DNA of 64,000 nt from Candidatus Forterrea multitransposorum CG_2015-17_Forterrea_25_41. GTDB lineage: Archaea > Iainarchaeota > Iainarchaeia > Iainarchaeales > CSSED10-239. The stretch covers positions 544,001-608,000 of the forward strand of contig CP045477.1 of NCBI GenBank assembly GCA_009392915.1, read 5' to 3'. Positions 18,993 to 28,310 of this stretch are shown piece by piece. The position numbers and the translations under genes are program-made. Numbering within the stretch: position 1 is the first letter of the stretch; the number at the start of each line of letters is the position of its first letter. Below the pieces are notes generated by a model, which worked only from the letters and a program-made list of their open reading frames with translations, was not told the DNA's origin and searched no databases.

Positions 18993-19088
18993 ATGGCTAC
19001 TACCTTTGGGGGTGAAGCACCTTTCCTAAAGGAGCTCTCTTGCGCGTGAACAAGAGCAAACATTGGGTGCGAACTGACCGAAACCAGT
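18993..19088. ncRNA. GC-rich multi-hairpin element, candidate structured small RNA of unknown class
   Basis: It is the only intergenic GC-rich island apart from the tRNAs. Four perfect local hairpins are present: GGTG-AAG-CACC, CCTTT-CCT-AAAGG, CTCTTG-CGCGTGAA-CAAGAG and GAACTG-ACCGAAAC-CAGTTC. It is not tRNA-like (no T-loop, no cloverleaf) and the strand is undetermined. Confidence 0.3.
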
Positions 19089-20783
19089 TCAGTGGGTAAA
19101 CCAAAAGTTATAAACCTTCTTCCCTTCCTTTTCCTCAATAGAATCAAGTCTTGCAAAACAGAATCTCTCAAACTGTATTATATCCCCAACAGATATTTGC
19201 TCAATTGTCTTTTCTGCCTTTGCATTTATCAATTCATGCTCAGGAGTAAAGATTGTAACATCTATTAATTGAGAAGGATCTTTTGGAAGGAAATGTATTA
19301 TTTTTTTATTTTCATTCTCTTCATTCTTAAAAGATAAATAATCCTCAGAATCAAAAACAAAAGAACCATCCTTTACTCTAAAATTAATATTATCCATAAG
19401 TCTTACAAGGTTTCCTTCCTTAAAAGAATCAAAATCTTCATTCTCTATTAAATAAACACCATTTGAAGTGAAATTTCTTTGTCCAAGATTTAATGAAGGA
19501 TGTAGAGATAAAGAATATTCTTTACAAACATCATTTTCAACAGTAATCTCAACAGGGTTTTTAATTGCAAAAAATCTTTTTGCAGAATCATTTAAAACTT
19601 TTTTATTATACTTAATTAAAGTATCCCAAGTTAAAACAGAACCTGCAGACTTTGTAATACCGGACTCAACAACCATTTGTTTTATTGCCTCAGGAGTAAA
19701 ACCTCTTCTCTTAAGTGCACGAAGAGTTGGAAGTGAAGGGTCATCCCAACCTATAAGCTCACCAGAGTTAACTTTTTCTCTAATAGCTCTTCCTGAAGAT
19801 AACATTCCTTCTAAGTTCATTCTTGAAAATTCATAAGTAACAGTATTATGTAAACCTAAAATTTTTCTAATATACTGATGAAGCTCACTTGCCATCTCAA
19901 ACTCAACAGTTCTTAACCTATGAGTAATATTAAAATAACCATCTAAAACAGCATTTTGAAAATCATAAGCAGGATAATTTCTATGCTTATAACCTATTCT
20001 TGGATGTTCACAATCAATTATTCTAAAGATTGTAGGATCTCTCATTCTTGAATTTTTATGTTTTAAATCTATTTTTAGTCTTAAGGAAGCTTTTCCTTCC
20101 TCGTAACCGTCCATTTCCTTCCACTTGATTAAGTTTTCTTGAGGAGAGACTTTTCTACAATTACAAGGAGTTGAAGTTTCTCTATTTTTACTCATCTCTT
20201 CAGGTGTACAGAAACAAACATATGCTTGAGATTTTAAGATTAATTTTTCTGCCATTTCTTTCATCATATCTATATAGTCTGATGCAAAAACAAGCTCGTC
20301 CCATTCAATACCAAGCCATTTAAAATCATCTTGAGAAATTTCATAGAATTCAGATCTTACAAGACGAGGGTTTGTGTCTTCAAACCTTAATTGAAATTTT
20401 CCAGAATATTTTTTTGCTAAAAGATAATTAAGTAAAACTGCTTTAGCGTGGCCTATGTGAAAATATTTTTCTGGGCCTGGTGGAAATGCAGATTTTACAA
20501 CATCGCCTTCTTTAATGTTTAAAAATGCAAAAATATTTCTTTCTTCTTTTTCTTTCTTTTCAAAAAAGCTAGGATTTATTTCTTTTAACATCTCTTGCTG
20601 TTTTTCAAGAGAAAGAGAATTAATTTCTTCAATTAAAGGAATAAGCTCAAGAGAAAGTTCTTTTGTTTTTTGTCTGTATTCAGGAAAGTCTTTAAGGATA
20701 GCTCCTAAGATATACTTAATTTCAGCTTTACCTTTATACTTTACAGCATTTTCTAAAATAATTTTTTTAAAAGTTTCTTGCAT
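19089..20783 (-). CDS. gltX: Glutamyl-tRNA synthetase, archaeal type
   Basis: HIGH motif (FHIGHAKAVLLNY), class I catalytic core, and an archaeal/eukaryal-type C-terminal anticodon-binding domain. 564 aa. Confidence 0.9.
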   Translation of the reverse strand: MQETFKKIILENAVKYKGKAEIKYILGAILKDFPEYRQKTKELSLELIPLIEEINSLSLEKQQEMLKEINPSFFEKKEKEERNIFAFLNIKEGDVVKSAFPPGPEKYFHIGHAKAVLLNYLLAKKYSGKFQLRFEDTNPRLVRSEFYEISQDDFKWLGIEWDELVFASDYIDMMKEMAEKLILKSQAYVCFCTPEEMSKNRETSTPCNCRKVSPQENLIKWKEMDGYEEGKASLRLKIDLKHKNSRMRDPTIFRIIDCEHPRIGYKHRNYPAYDFQNAVLDGYFNITHRLRTVEFEMASELHQYIRKILGLHNTVTYEFSRMNLEGMLSSGRAIREKVNSGELIGWDDPSLPTLRALKRRGFTPEAIKQMVVESGITKSAGSVLTWDTLIKYNKKVLNDSAKRFFAIKNPVEITVENDVCKEYSLSLHPSLNLGQRNFTSNGVYLIENEDFDSFKEGNLVRLMDNINFRVKDGSFVFDSEDYLSFKNEENENKKIIHFLPKDPSQLIDVTIFTPEHELINAKAEKTIEQISVGDIIQFERFCFARLDSIEEKEGKKVYNFWFTH

Positions 20784-20785
20784 AT

Positions 20786-21064
20786 TTAATCATAATTATT
20801 TTTATAAACATTATCTCTATGTTCAAAATATCTAAACAAAATTTTATTTTCTTTTTTTAAATATCTAAAAATTAAAACAAATTTCTGAGTAATGTGAACT
20901 CTTTTAAAAATTTGTAATGGTTTTTTTAAATTTTTATAATGTTCAACATCACTACAATTCTTAATTTCATCAACCTTATTAAGTACTTGAGCATACAACA
21001 CAGGATCTTTTTTAGAAATTTTTATTAAATCCTTTAATAATTCTTTATGAAATTCAAAGTCCAT
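20786..21064 (-). CDS. RelE/ParE-family type II toxin
   Basis: 92 aa. ...LKKPLQIFKRVHITQKFVLIFRYLKKENKILFRYFEHRDNVYK resembles the RelE/YoeB C-terminal core. It sits immediately downstream of a small RHH ORF. Confidence 0.5.
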   Translation of the reverse strand: MDFEFHKELLKDLIKISKKDPVLYAQVLNKVDEIKNCSDVEHYKNLKKPLQIFKRVHITQKFVLIFRYLKKENKILFRYFEHRDNVYKNNYD

Positions 21065-21316
21065 TTATTTTCCTTTAATATAATTATCTAAATCATCTAC
21101 AGAATTAAATTTTTTATAGTTAGAAGATTTATCTTTTTTATTATCAGATAAAACTTTTTTTATAAAGTCTGGTCTTAATTCTGGTTCTAGTTCTAAATCT
21201 GCATAATATTTTACAACTACAGAAATAGCTTCTACTTTATTTTTTAAATTATTCTTTGCTTTTATAATATTTAAGGTTTGATTTATATCTATTGGTAAGT
21301 CTAATAATGCTTTCAT
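21065..21316 (-). CDS. Putative RHH-type antitoxin
   Basis: 83 aa. The N-terminus ALLDLPIDINQTLNIIKAKNNLKNKVEAISVVVKYY fits a strand-helix-helix pattern. It abuts the toxin gene with no gap. Confidence 0.4.
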   Translation of the reverse strand: MKALLDLPIDINQTLNIIKAKNNLKNKVEAISVVVKYYADLELEPELRPDFIKKVLSDNKKDKSSNYKKFNSVDDLDNYIKGK

Positions 21317-21388
21317 GTAATCACCATATATATAATATATAGAAACATTAATAAATGTTAATAATTGTTAACAAATATTAATAATTAT

Positions 21389-21808
21389 TCATTTTTTATA
21401 AATTTCTTTTAAACTATATTTTTTAAATAAATTTTTAATAGGTAAAAATAATTTTTTAGGAAAAGCATCAATTGAAATCCATTTAACTTCTTTACATTTT
21501 TTAGGCTCTTTAATTTCTGGAGTTCCTGAAAAGTATTCTGCTTTATAAAAAATTGTAACATAATGTTTATCTGCCTTTATATAAAAATCATTTGTAATAT
21601 CTATAAACTTTAGATTTTTAATTTTTATTCCAACTTCTTCTAAAGTTTCTCGCTTTATAGCTTTTTCAAAACTTTCAAACATCTCAAGATGACCACCAGG
21701 AATTGACCAAGTGTTTTCCCCTATTTTTTTAGAAGATTTTCTTTTCATTAAAAGAACTTTATCTTCTTTAAAAATAAAAACTGCAACTCCTATCTTTGGT
21801 CTTGGCAT
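21389..21808 (-). CDS. NUDIX hydrolase
   Basis: Nudix box GGHLEMFESFEKAIKRETLEEVGI (Gx5Ex7REUxEExGU). Confidence 0.8.
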   Translation of the reverse strand: MPRPKIGVAVFIFKEDKVLLMKRKSSKKIGENTWSIPGGHLEMFESFEKAIKRETLEEVGIKIKNLKFIDITNDFYIKADKHYVTIFYKAEYFSGTPEIKEPKKCKEVKWISIDAFPKKLFLPIKNLFKKYSLKEIYKK

Positions 21809-21830
21809 AAAAAATCACTAAAAATTACAA

Positions 21831-22853
21831 TTATTCAGGATATGCCTCTTTAATTAACTCTTCTTTTCCTTCAAAGTTTTTTCTTATAGGTTCTAAAAGC
21901 TTATTAACTTCTTCTGCAACACCTGACTTAAGATCCATTGGGTGTAAAGCTTTTGATGCAAAGGCCTCTTGTAGATCTTCTTGAGTCTTAAACTTTAAAG
22001 GCCCACCCCATTTTTCTGGCCTATCAATTATAAACTCTTCACCTTTATCTTGTTTTTGAGTCATTATTAAAAGTTTTGCAAAATCTAAAACTCCATTTTC
22101 AATATTTCCTTCTTCACAATATGCTTTCTTTAATTTATTTTTAATAGTTTCATAATCATCTATTAAATCTATTTTTGAAGCTTGGTTTGAAGAAGACATT
22201 TTACCATCAGGAGTTAAGCCTCTTATAAAAGGAATCATAACTTCAACTCTTGGTTTTTCTCCAAGCTTTGGCAGGAATTCTCTTGCAAGAACAAATATTT
22301 TTCTTTGATCAATTGCTCCTAACTGCACATCAACATCTAAATGAACTTCATCAAGTGCCTGCATTAATGGATATAAAAGACCAGAAAGCTTAGGATTATC
22401 TCCTTGTTTTACAACATCACTAGATGCTTTTTCTGCATTTCTAACAGTTACTTCTGAAGACATTTTATAAAGATCTAAAACATATTCTTTAGATAATTGA
22501 AAATCTGAACCTTTAACAATTTCAAAATTTTCTAAATCTCCACCAAGTGCTTCAATCATTCCTTTAATAACTATTGAATAGTATTCGTATCTTTTTTCAA
22601 GTAAAGGCCAAGGAGTATTATCTAAAGCTCCATGAAGATCTGCTAAAAGAACTTTAACTTTAAAACCTGCATTAAGAAAATCATTTAACTTTTGAGCCCA
22701 GGTAAAATAACCTATATGAGGTCTTCCAGTAACTGATGTTCCTAAGTAAACAACTGGTTTTTCTTTTTCTTTTAAAAGTTTTAAAAGTTCTTCCTCACTT
22801 ATAATTTCTTGAGTATTTCTTTTTATTAATTTAAATCTTTCTTCAACATCCAT
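21831..22853 (-). CDS. tyrS: Tyrosyl-tRNA synthetase, archaeal type
   Basis: Close, co-linear resemblance to the Methanocaldococcus TyrRS: IKRNTQEIISEEEL, LLADLHG, KMSSS, KKAYC, IDRPEKWGG, LHPMDLK, EPIRK. Confidence 0.8.
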   Translation of the reverse strand: MDVEERFKLIKRNTQEIISEEELLKLLKEKEKPVVYLGTSVTGRPHIGYFTWAQKLNDFLNAGFKVKVLLADLHGALDNTPWPLLEKRYEYYSIVIKGMIEALGGDLENFEIVKGSDFQLSKEYVLDLYKMSSEVTVRNAEKASSDVVKQGDNPKLSGLLYPLMQALDEVHLDVDVQLGAIDQRKIFVLAREFLPKLGEKPRVEVMIPFIRGLTPDGKMSSSNQASKIDLIDDYETIKNKLKKAYCEEGNIENGVLDFAKLLIMTQKQDKGEEFIIDRPEKWGGPLKFKTQEDLQEAFASKALHPMDLKSGVAEEVNKLLEPIRKNFEGKEELIKEAYPE

Positions 22854-22882
22854 AATAAATCACATATTTTTTATTTAAAAAA

Positions 22883-23209
22883 TTATTTTAACTTAACAGC
22901 AGTTCCATATGCAAGCATTTCTGAAGCTCCTTGCATAACCATAGAAGTTGTAAATCTTAAACCTATAACTGCATCTGCTTTAAGATCAATTGCTTCGTTT
23001 ATCATTCTATTATAAGCTTCTTCTCTTGAATGAATAGTCATTTCTGTGTAAGTTTTAACTTCTCCACCAACTAAATTTCTAAGACCAGCACCAATATCTC
23101 TTCCAAGATTTCTTGATCTAACAGTATTTCCTTTAACAATTCCTAATATTTTTATTATTTTTTTACCAGGAATTTCTTGTCCAGTTGTAACAATCATTTC
23201 TTTTGCCAT
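22883..23209 (-). CDS. YbjQ/UPF0145-family protein
   Basis: 108 aa. The two-repeat YbjQ pattern (GIVKGNTVRSRNLGRDIGAGL...AVIGLRF) is present. A GGTGA SD sits 9 nt upstream. Confidence 0.7.
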   Translation of the reverse strand: MAKEMIVTTGQEIPGKKIIKILGIVKGNTVRSRNLGRDIGAGLRNLVGGEVKTYTEMTIHSREEAYNRMINEAIDLKADAVIGLRFTTSMVMQGASEMLAYGTAVKLK

Positions 23210-23218
23210 AATTAAATT

Positions 23219-23395
23219 TCACCTTTTTTTAATTTGTTCAATAACATCTTCTTTTTTATTAAATAAAATAAATAAAAATACAATAAATATTGGAACACCA
23301 TATATAAAAAATATAGGACTTATAATAATTCCTAAAAATATTAAAATCAAACTTAAAATTAAACCAATATAATTAATTATATTTTTATTATCCAT
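23219..23395 (-). CDS. Small membrane protein, 58 aa (hypothetical; not in the ORF track)
   Basis: Reverse-complement ORF MDNKNIINYIGLILSLILIFLGIIISPIFFIYGVPIFIVFLFILFNKKEDVIEQIKKR, with two TM helices. Its 3' end overlaps the SD of the downstream ybjQ-like gene. Confidence 0.3.
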   Translation of the reverse strand: MDNKNIINYIGLILSLILIFLGIIISPIFFIYGVPIFIVFLFILFNKKEDVIEQIKKR

Positions 23396-23500
23396 ATCAA
23401 ATTATCTCTTTTATAATATTATATATAAATTATAATAAGAAGTATATAAAAATATATAGATATAGTTAATATTTATTAAAATAAAGATAAAGATTTAAGT

Positions 23501-24952
23501 ATGTTTAAAAAAATATTTTCTAAAAAAATTAATATTATATTAATTATTATTTTTATATTAATAACTACATATTCAATGATAAACTACATGCCTTATTGGG
23601 ATGAAGCAGTTTATATTAATAATGGGAAATATTTATTTTCATTAACAGAAATTTCAACTTATGAATACCAAAGACCCCCTATCATGGGTATTTTAACAGG
23701 AGTTTTTTGGGTTCTAGGTTTAAATGAGATTTTGTTTACAAAAATCCTTCTTTCAATAATATTTATTCTTGGTCTTTTATATTTATTTAAGATTTCTGAA
23801 GATATTAAAAAAGGAAGTGGAATAATTACTACTTTAATATATGCATCTCTTCCAACAATATCTTTATTTACAAATAGAGTCTTAACTGAACTTCCTGGAA
23901 GCGCTTTATCTATTATAGGTTATTATTTTTTTACTAAAAAAAAATATATATTATCAGGATTAATATTTTCATTAGCATTTCTATTTAGGTATCCTACAGG
24001 ACTTATCTTTGGAATTTTAGGAATTTTTTTAATTATTGAAGTTATTAAAAAAAGAAAATTTAAAAATTTAAAAAATATATTAAAATATGGAATTGGTTTT
24101 TCAATATTAGTAATTCCTTTTATAATTATTAATTATATATTTATTAGAAATGAATATCTAACATTATCATTAATTAATAAACTACTTTTACCATTTATTA
24201 ATGCTTCTAAAATGGTGGCAGCAAATTCTTTTGATTTAGTTACAAATGGTTTTTTATATTATATTAAATATTTATTCTATGAAAACTTTTTATTAGTTTT
24301 TTTCATATTATTTTTAATACTTGGAATAATCTTTAAAAAAAGTAGAAAATTATTTTTAAAGAAAAAAGTAATTATTCCAATAGTAATTTCTATAATAGGT
24401 TATTTGTATATTTCATCACTTGTACACTATGAACCAAGATATTTTATTGTAGCATTACCTTTCTTTTCAATAATTGCAGGAGTTTCGATAATTGAATTTT
24501 TAAAAAGAATTAAATTAATAAAAATTAAACCAATAATTGAAATTGCACTTATAATATTTGTAATAGCAATATATATTTTTTTAATAAAACAACAAATAAT
24601 GAATAACCAGATTACTGAATTTAAAGAAATTGAAGAATACTATAATTATGTTAAAAGTATAGATAAAGATTATAGAGGATTGGTAGCTGTTGATAATCCT
24701 GTATTTGGAATTTATAATGAAAATAAATTTATTTATCTATCAGGACCTTTTTATGCAGCTTACATTCTAGAGAATAACCCTTCTGTAAAATATGTTTATT
24801 TTGAAGAAAGAACAATTACTTGTTTTAATAAAGAAGATAAAGAATGTATTGAAAAAGAAGAAAAATTTAGAAACTTAATGTCTCAAAAATATGATTTAAT
24901 ATACACAACTAATTTTCAAAAAAGTACTCAATATATCTACAAGCTAAAATAA
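23501..24952 (+). CDS. GT-C fold glycosyltransferase (PMT/ArnT-like, GT39/GT83-like)
   Basis: About 12 TM helices. A DE motif lies in the first extracytoplasmic loop (YWDEAVY). The domain architecture is like ArnT/PMT_2. Confidence 0.55.
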   Translation: MFKKIFSKKINIILIIIFILITTYSMINYMPYWDEAVYINNGKYLFSLTEISTYEYQRPPIMGILTGVFWVLGLNEILFTKILLSIIFILGLLYLFKISEDIKKGSGIITTLIYASLPTISLFTNRVLTELPGSALSIIGYYFFTKKKYILSGLIFSLAFLFRYPTGLIFGILGIFLIIEVIKKRKFKNLKNILKYGIGFSILVIPFIIINYIFIRNEYLTLSLINKLLLPFINASKMVAANSFDLVTNGFLYYIKYLFYENFLLVFFILFLILGIIFKKSRKLFLKKKVIIPIVISIIGYLYISSLVHYEPRYFIVALPFFSIIAGVSIIEFLKRIKLIKIKPIIEIALIIFVIAIYIFLIKQQIMNNQITEFKEIEEYYNYVKSIDKDYRGLVAVDNPVFGIYNENKFIYLSGPFYAAYILENNPSVKYVYFEERTITCFNKEDKECIEKEEKFRNLMSQKYDLIYTTNFQKSTQYIYKLK

Positions 24953-25690
24953 ATCATATTCTTTAAATTTTTTTATTCTAAACTTAGTTAAAAGATATTT
25001 AGAGATTTCTTTAATTATTGAAAGCCCATAAACTAAAGATGCCTTTAATTTTATTGAAGATGCTTCTGGAAAATATCTTGTTTCAACAGGAACTTCTTTT
25101 ATTTTGTATTTTTTAATAACAGTTTGTATAATAATTTGAGTATCAAAAACAAAATTATCAGAATTTTTATCTAATGGAATAGAAGTTAATAATTTTTTAG
25201 AATAAGATCTATAACCTGTATGAAATTCACTTAAAGAAGTATTAAGAAAAATATTTTCAAAAAATGTTAAAACTCTATTTCCAAAATATTTATAATAAGG
25301 CATACCCCCTTTAATTGGATCTTTTTTATTTAAAAATCTAGATGCAAAAACAGCATCTGCTTTTCCTTGAACAATTGGAATAAACATTTTATTTAAAATT
25401 CTAGGATCATACTGATAATCAGGGTGTATCATTATAACAACATCAGCACCTCTTTTTAAGGCTTCTTTATAACAAGTCTTTTGATTTGCACCATAACCTT
25501 TGTTTTTTTTATGCTTGATTGTCATAATACCTAGTTTTTTTGAAAGAGAGTAAGTATTATCAGTAGAATTATCATCAACTAAGATCATTTCATCTACATA
25601 TTCTTTTGGAATATCTTTAATTGTCTTTTCTAAAGTACTTTCTGCATTATATGCAGGAAAAACAATAATTATTTTTTTACCATCATACAT
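24944..25690 (-). CDS. GT2-family glycosyltransferase (dolichyl/polyprenyl-phosphate sugar synthase-like)
   Basis: IIIVFPAYNAESTL, DxD-like VDDNSTD, and overall DPM1/GtrB-like organisation. Confidence 0.8.
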   Translation of the reverse strand: MYDGKKIIIVFPAYNAESTLEKTIKDIPKEYVDEMILVDDNSTDNTYSLSKKLGIMTIKHKKNKGYGANQKTCYKEALKRGADVVIMIHPDYQYDPRILNKMFIPIVQGKADAVFASRFLNKKDPIKGGMPYYKYFGNRVLTFFENIFLNTSLSEFHTGYRSYSKKLLTSIPLDKNSDNFVFDTQIIIQTVIKKYKIKEVPVETRYFPEASSIKLKASLVYGLSIIKEISKYLLTKFRIKKFKEYDLF

Positions 25691-25774
25691 TCAAAATCAA
25701 TATTTATAAATATTTAAGCTATCACTAAATATAATATAGATTCCTAAATAAATAAAAACTAAACTGATTAAAAG

Positions 25775-26212
25775 ATGACAAACAATATTTTAGATAAAAC
25801 ATTTGATTTTCTTGAAAAAAGAAATAAACATTTTAAAAAAATTAGAACTATTGGAAAATATACAATCTTTTCTGTAATTGCAACACTTACAGATCTTTTA
25901 TTTTTATATGTATTTACAGAGTTTATAGGTTTGTTTTATTTAGTATCAGTAAAACTATCATACTTTATAGGAATGATTGTTGCTTTTTTTGGAAATAAAC
26001 AATATACTTTTAAAAAAACTAATAAAAGAAGCTATCATCAATTTATTGATTTTTTTATAATATCTGTTATTGATTTATGTATGAATGTAATACTTATTAA
26101 ACTATTAACTGAATATTTAGGAGTATGGTATATTTTATCAAAAATAATAACTGTAATAATTATATTCTTTGGAAAATATTTACTTCATAAAAAAATAGCA
26201 TTTAAAAATTAA
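25775..26212 (+). CDS. GtrA-family membrane protein
   Basis: 145 aa with 4 TM helices. YTIFSVIATLTDLLFLYVFTEF...YFIGMIVAFFGNKQYTFK matches the GtrA pattern. Confidence 0.65.
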   Translation: MTNNILDKTFDFLEKRNKHFKKIRTIGKYTIFSVIATLTDLLFLYVFTEFIGLFYLVSVKLSYFIGMIVAFFGNKQYTFKKTNKRSYHQFIDFFIISVIDLCMNVILIKLLTEYLGVWYILSKIITVIIIFFGKYLLHKKIAFKN

Positions 26213-26215
26213 AAG

Positions 26216-26288
26216 CGCCTCGGGTAGGATTTGAACCTACGACCTATCGGTTAACAGCCGATCGCTCCAACCACTAAGCTACCGAGGC
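26216..26288 (-). tRNA. tRNA-Asn (anticodon GTT)
   Basis: The reverse complement GCCTCGGTAGCTTAGTGGTTGGAGCGATCGGCTGTTAACCGATAGGTCGTAGGTTCAAATCCTACCCGAGGCG folds as a cloverleaf: a 7-bp acceptor stem, a CUGUUAA anticodon loop and a GGTTCAAATCC T-arm. CCA is not encoded. Confidence 0.85.
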
Positions 26289-26363
26289 AGATTACTAATA
26301 TTTTTAATAACATAAAATTAGTATTAAATAATTAAGAACATAAATATATTTAAACCTATTTTT

Positions 26364-27209
26364 TTATATAAAAGTTAAAGAAATCAGGAAAAGATTTCTT
26401 AAAGCTGTTGAAAAACCAATTATTATTATAAATAGCTTAAAATAGTTGTTTAAAGAAGAATCTTTAACATATTTATCAATTATAAATAAAAGAGCTAGAC
26501 AAAGAAATATTTTTACAAATAAAAAAACATAAGGATTTAAAGAAATTAAAAAATTTGATAAAACATGAATTTCTTTAAAATTATTTGGAATAAAACTAAC
26601 CATATAAAAAGTAATAAAAGAATCTAGAACTTGAGAAAAAAATGCTAATTGACTAGATTTTTTTAAAAATAGTCTTTTTTTAAAAATAAAATAAAAAATT
26701 ATAAAAATTATTGAAGAAAAGAAAATTAATTTTAAAAATAAAAAATAATTAACAAGATTTATAAAAAATAAAACTAAAAGAGGAAATAACAATATATAAC
26801 TTAAAAATAAAAGAATGTTTTCAAAAGAAAATTTAGTTTTCTTTTCAATAAATAAAGATAATTCAAAGAATATTAAAAAAAGTAAACCTAAAAATAAAAA
26901 AAGATTAGGATAATATAAATAAAAACCAATTGAAAAAGGATTATTTGAAGAAGGAATAAAAAAATCTAAAGAAGTAAAAGAAAAAGATAACATTCTTAAG
27001 AAAGCACCAATAACTACAAAATTAAAAACAGATAATATGAATCTAAAATTAATATTTATTTTTCTAAATATTAAATAAGGATAGATTAAAAAATAAATAA
27101 AAATACCAATTATTGAATAAGTCAGAGTATTAATAATATTATATCCATTATCTAAAAGATTAAATTTAGAAAAATAATAAATTACCCTTTCTAAAGAAAT
27201 TGGAGACAT
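26364..27209 (-). CDS. Polytopic membrane protein (hypothetical)
   Basis: 281 aa, about 9 TM helices, F/L-rich. Confidence 0.35.
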   Translation of the reverse strand: MSPISLERVIYYFSKFNLLDNGYNIINTLTYSIIGIFIYFLIYPYLIFRKININFRFILSVFNFVVIGAFLRMLSFSFTSLDFFIPSSNNPFSIGFYLYYPNLFLFLGLLFLIFFELSLFIEKKTKFSFENILLFLSYILLFPLLVLFFINLVNYFLFLKLIFFSSIIFIIFYFIFKKRLFLKKSSQLAFFSQVLDSFITFYMVSFIPNNFKEIHVLSNFLISLNPYVFLFVKIFLCLALLFIIDKYVKDSSLNNYFKLFIIIIGFSTALRNLFLISLTFI

Positions 27210-27226
27210 TTATTAAAAACCTTAAA

Positions 27227-27916
27227 TTAACCTCTAGGGCCTCTTCTAATAATTTTTTTCTTTTTTAAATTAGATTCTAACTTGCTTTGAAAATTTTTAA
27301 CTCTATTTTTATAATCAAAATTTTGAGTTGAAATATTTCTTTCAAGTTTTGGTTTTCTTTTAAAAATAAAACCTTTATCTATTAAATAAATAGGGTTTTT
27401 CTTTAATTGAGCCTGAAGCAATTCAACATTAAATTTATTTTTAAAAAGTGGATTTGTTGAAAAAAGAGTAAATAAACTATCTAAATTTTTTTTAACATCT
27501 TTATTTTTATATAACTCTTTAACTAAAGATTTAAATTGTTTATTTTTAGATTCTAAAATCTTAAGACTAGCTTCTGTATTAAGAGAAGAATTATTTAAGA
27601 CTTTTAATAATTTTTCATTAGCTTCAACATTATATTTATAAAAATCATACATTTTATTAAAAACAGCAGTATCTGTATATAATCTATCTACAATTCTTTG
27701 TGCATTTTTCTGATTTGAATCAGATAATTTATAAGGATAACTTTTAAAAAATTGTTCTACAGCAACTTTTTGTTTTAAATTTTTTTTAATATTAGCATCA
27801 ATAATTTTCTTTGCAGAAAATACAGATAAAAGTAAACTTAAAGAAATTGCACCCGAAATTATAGTTGATTTATTCATATAAATATCTATAACAGAATAAA
27901 ATATAAATATATGCAT
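27227..27916 (-). CDS. Signal-peptide/anchored basic protein (hypothetical)
   Basis: N-terminal hydrophobic segment, then a K-rich helical domain. Confidence 0.3.
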   Translation of the reverse strand: MHIFIFYSVIDIYMNKSTIISGAISLSLLLSVFSAKKIIDANIKKNLKQKVAVEQFFKSYPYKLSDSNQKNAQRIVDRLYTDTAVFNKMYDFYKYNVEANEKLLKVLNNSSLNTEASLKILESKNKQFKSLVKELYKNKDVKKNLDSLFTLFSTNPLFKNKFNVELLQAQLKKNPIYLIDKGFIFKRKPKLERNISTQNFDYKNRVKNFQSKLESNLKKKKIIRRGPRG

Positions 27917-28297
27917 CTAAATTTATTTATGAAACTTAAAATAACAGGATTTTCAAAATTTGAAATAACTGAAAAAGAATATAACAAATTCTTAAAAAAA
28001 AGTAAAGAAGAAATTTATATTTGCCTTAAAAAAACAAAAGATGAAGAAATTTATCTTGAAATTGTTGGAGATGATTTTGAGAAAATTAAAGAAACAGTAG
28101 TATATATTTTCTTTAAAATTAAAAAAATTAAGTTTTTTAAAACAACTATCCTAACATTTAGTAAAAAAATAAGCAAAAAAGAAATAAAGAACATAAAAAA
28201 TGAAATTATAACAGAAATTGAAACAAAAATGGATAATATAAATTATAGTTATGCTCCAGAAGATTTACTTGAGATAACAAAAGCTAAATACCTTTAA
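27911..28297 (+). CDS. Hypothetical protein
   Basis: 128 aa, charged. No motif recognised. Confidence 0.3.
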   Translation: MHLNLFMKLKITGFSKFEITEKEYNKFLKKSKEEIYICLKKTKDEEIYLEIVGDDFEKIKETVVYIFFKIKKIKFFKTTILTFSKKISKKEIKNIKNEIITEIETKMDNINYSYAPEDLLEITKAKYL

Positions 28298-28310
28298 ATA
28301 AAGATTTATA

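Noticed and set aside
18986-19171. 61-aa minus-strand ORF overlapping the gltX 3' end
   Set aside because: It runs through the GC-rich hairpin element and overlaps the well-supported gltX C-terminus. It is open only because GC-rich structured sequence lacks stops.
19468-19836. 122-aa plus-strand ORF inside gltX, with similar antisense ORFs at 20515..20835, 2158..2355, 5147..5356, 10400..10615, 28265..28528, 31409..31777, 31791..32093, 42853..43083, 53146..53328, 55986..56189, 57547..57747, 58133..58474, 58742..58957, 59690..59947, 61273..61521 and 62747..62983
   Set aside because: Each lies wholly within a longer ORF on the opposite strand or in another frame that has recognisable motifs. 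None has a motif of its own.
21831-22853. Tryptophanyl-tRNA synthetase as an alternative to TyrRS
   Set aside because: The KMSSS motif and the long co-linear blocks match archaeal TyrRS (Methanocaldococcus type) far better than TrpRS.
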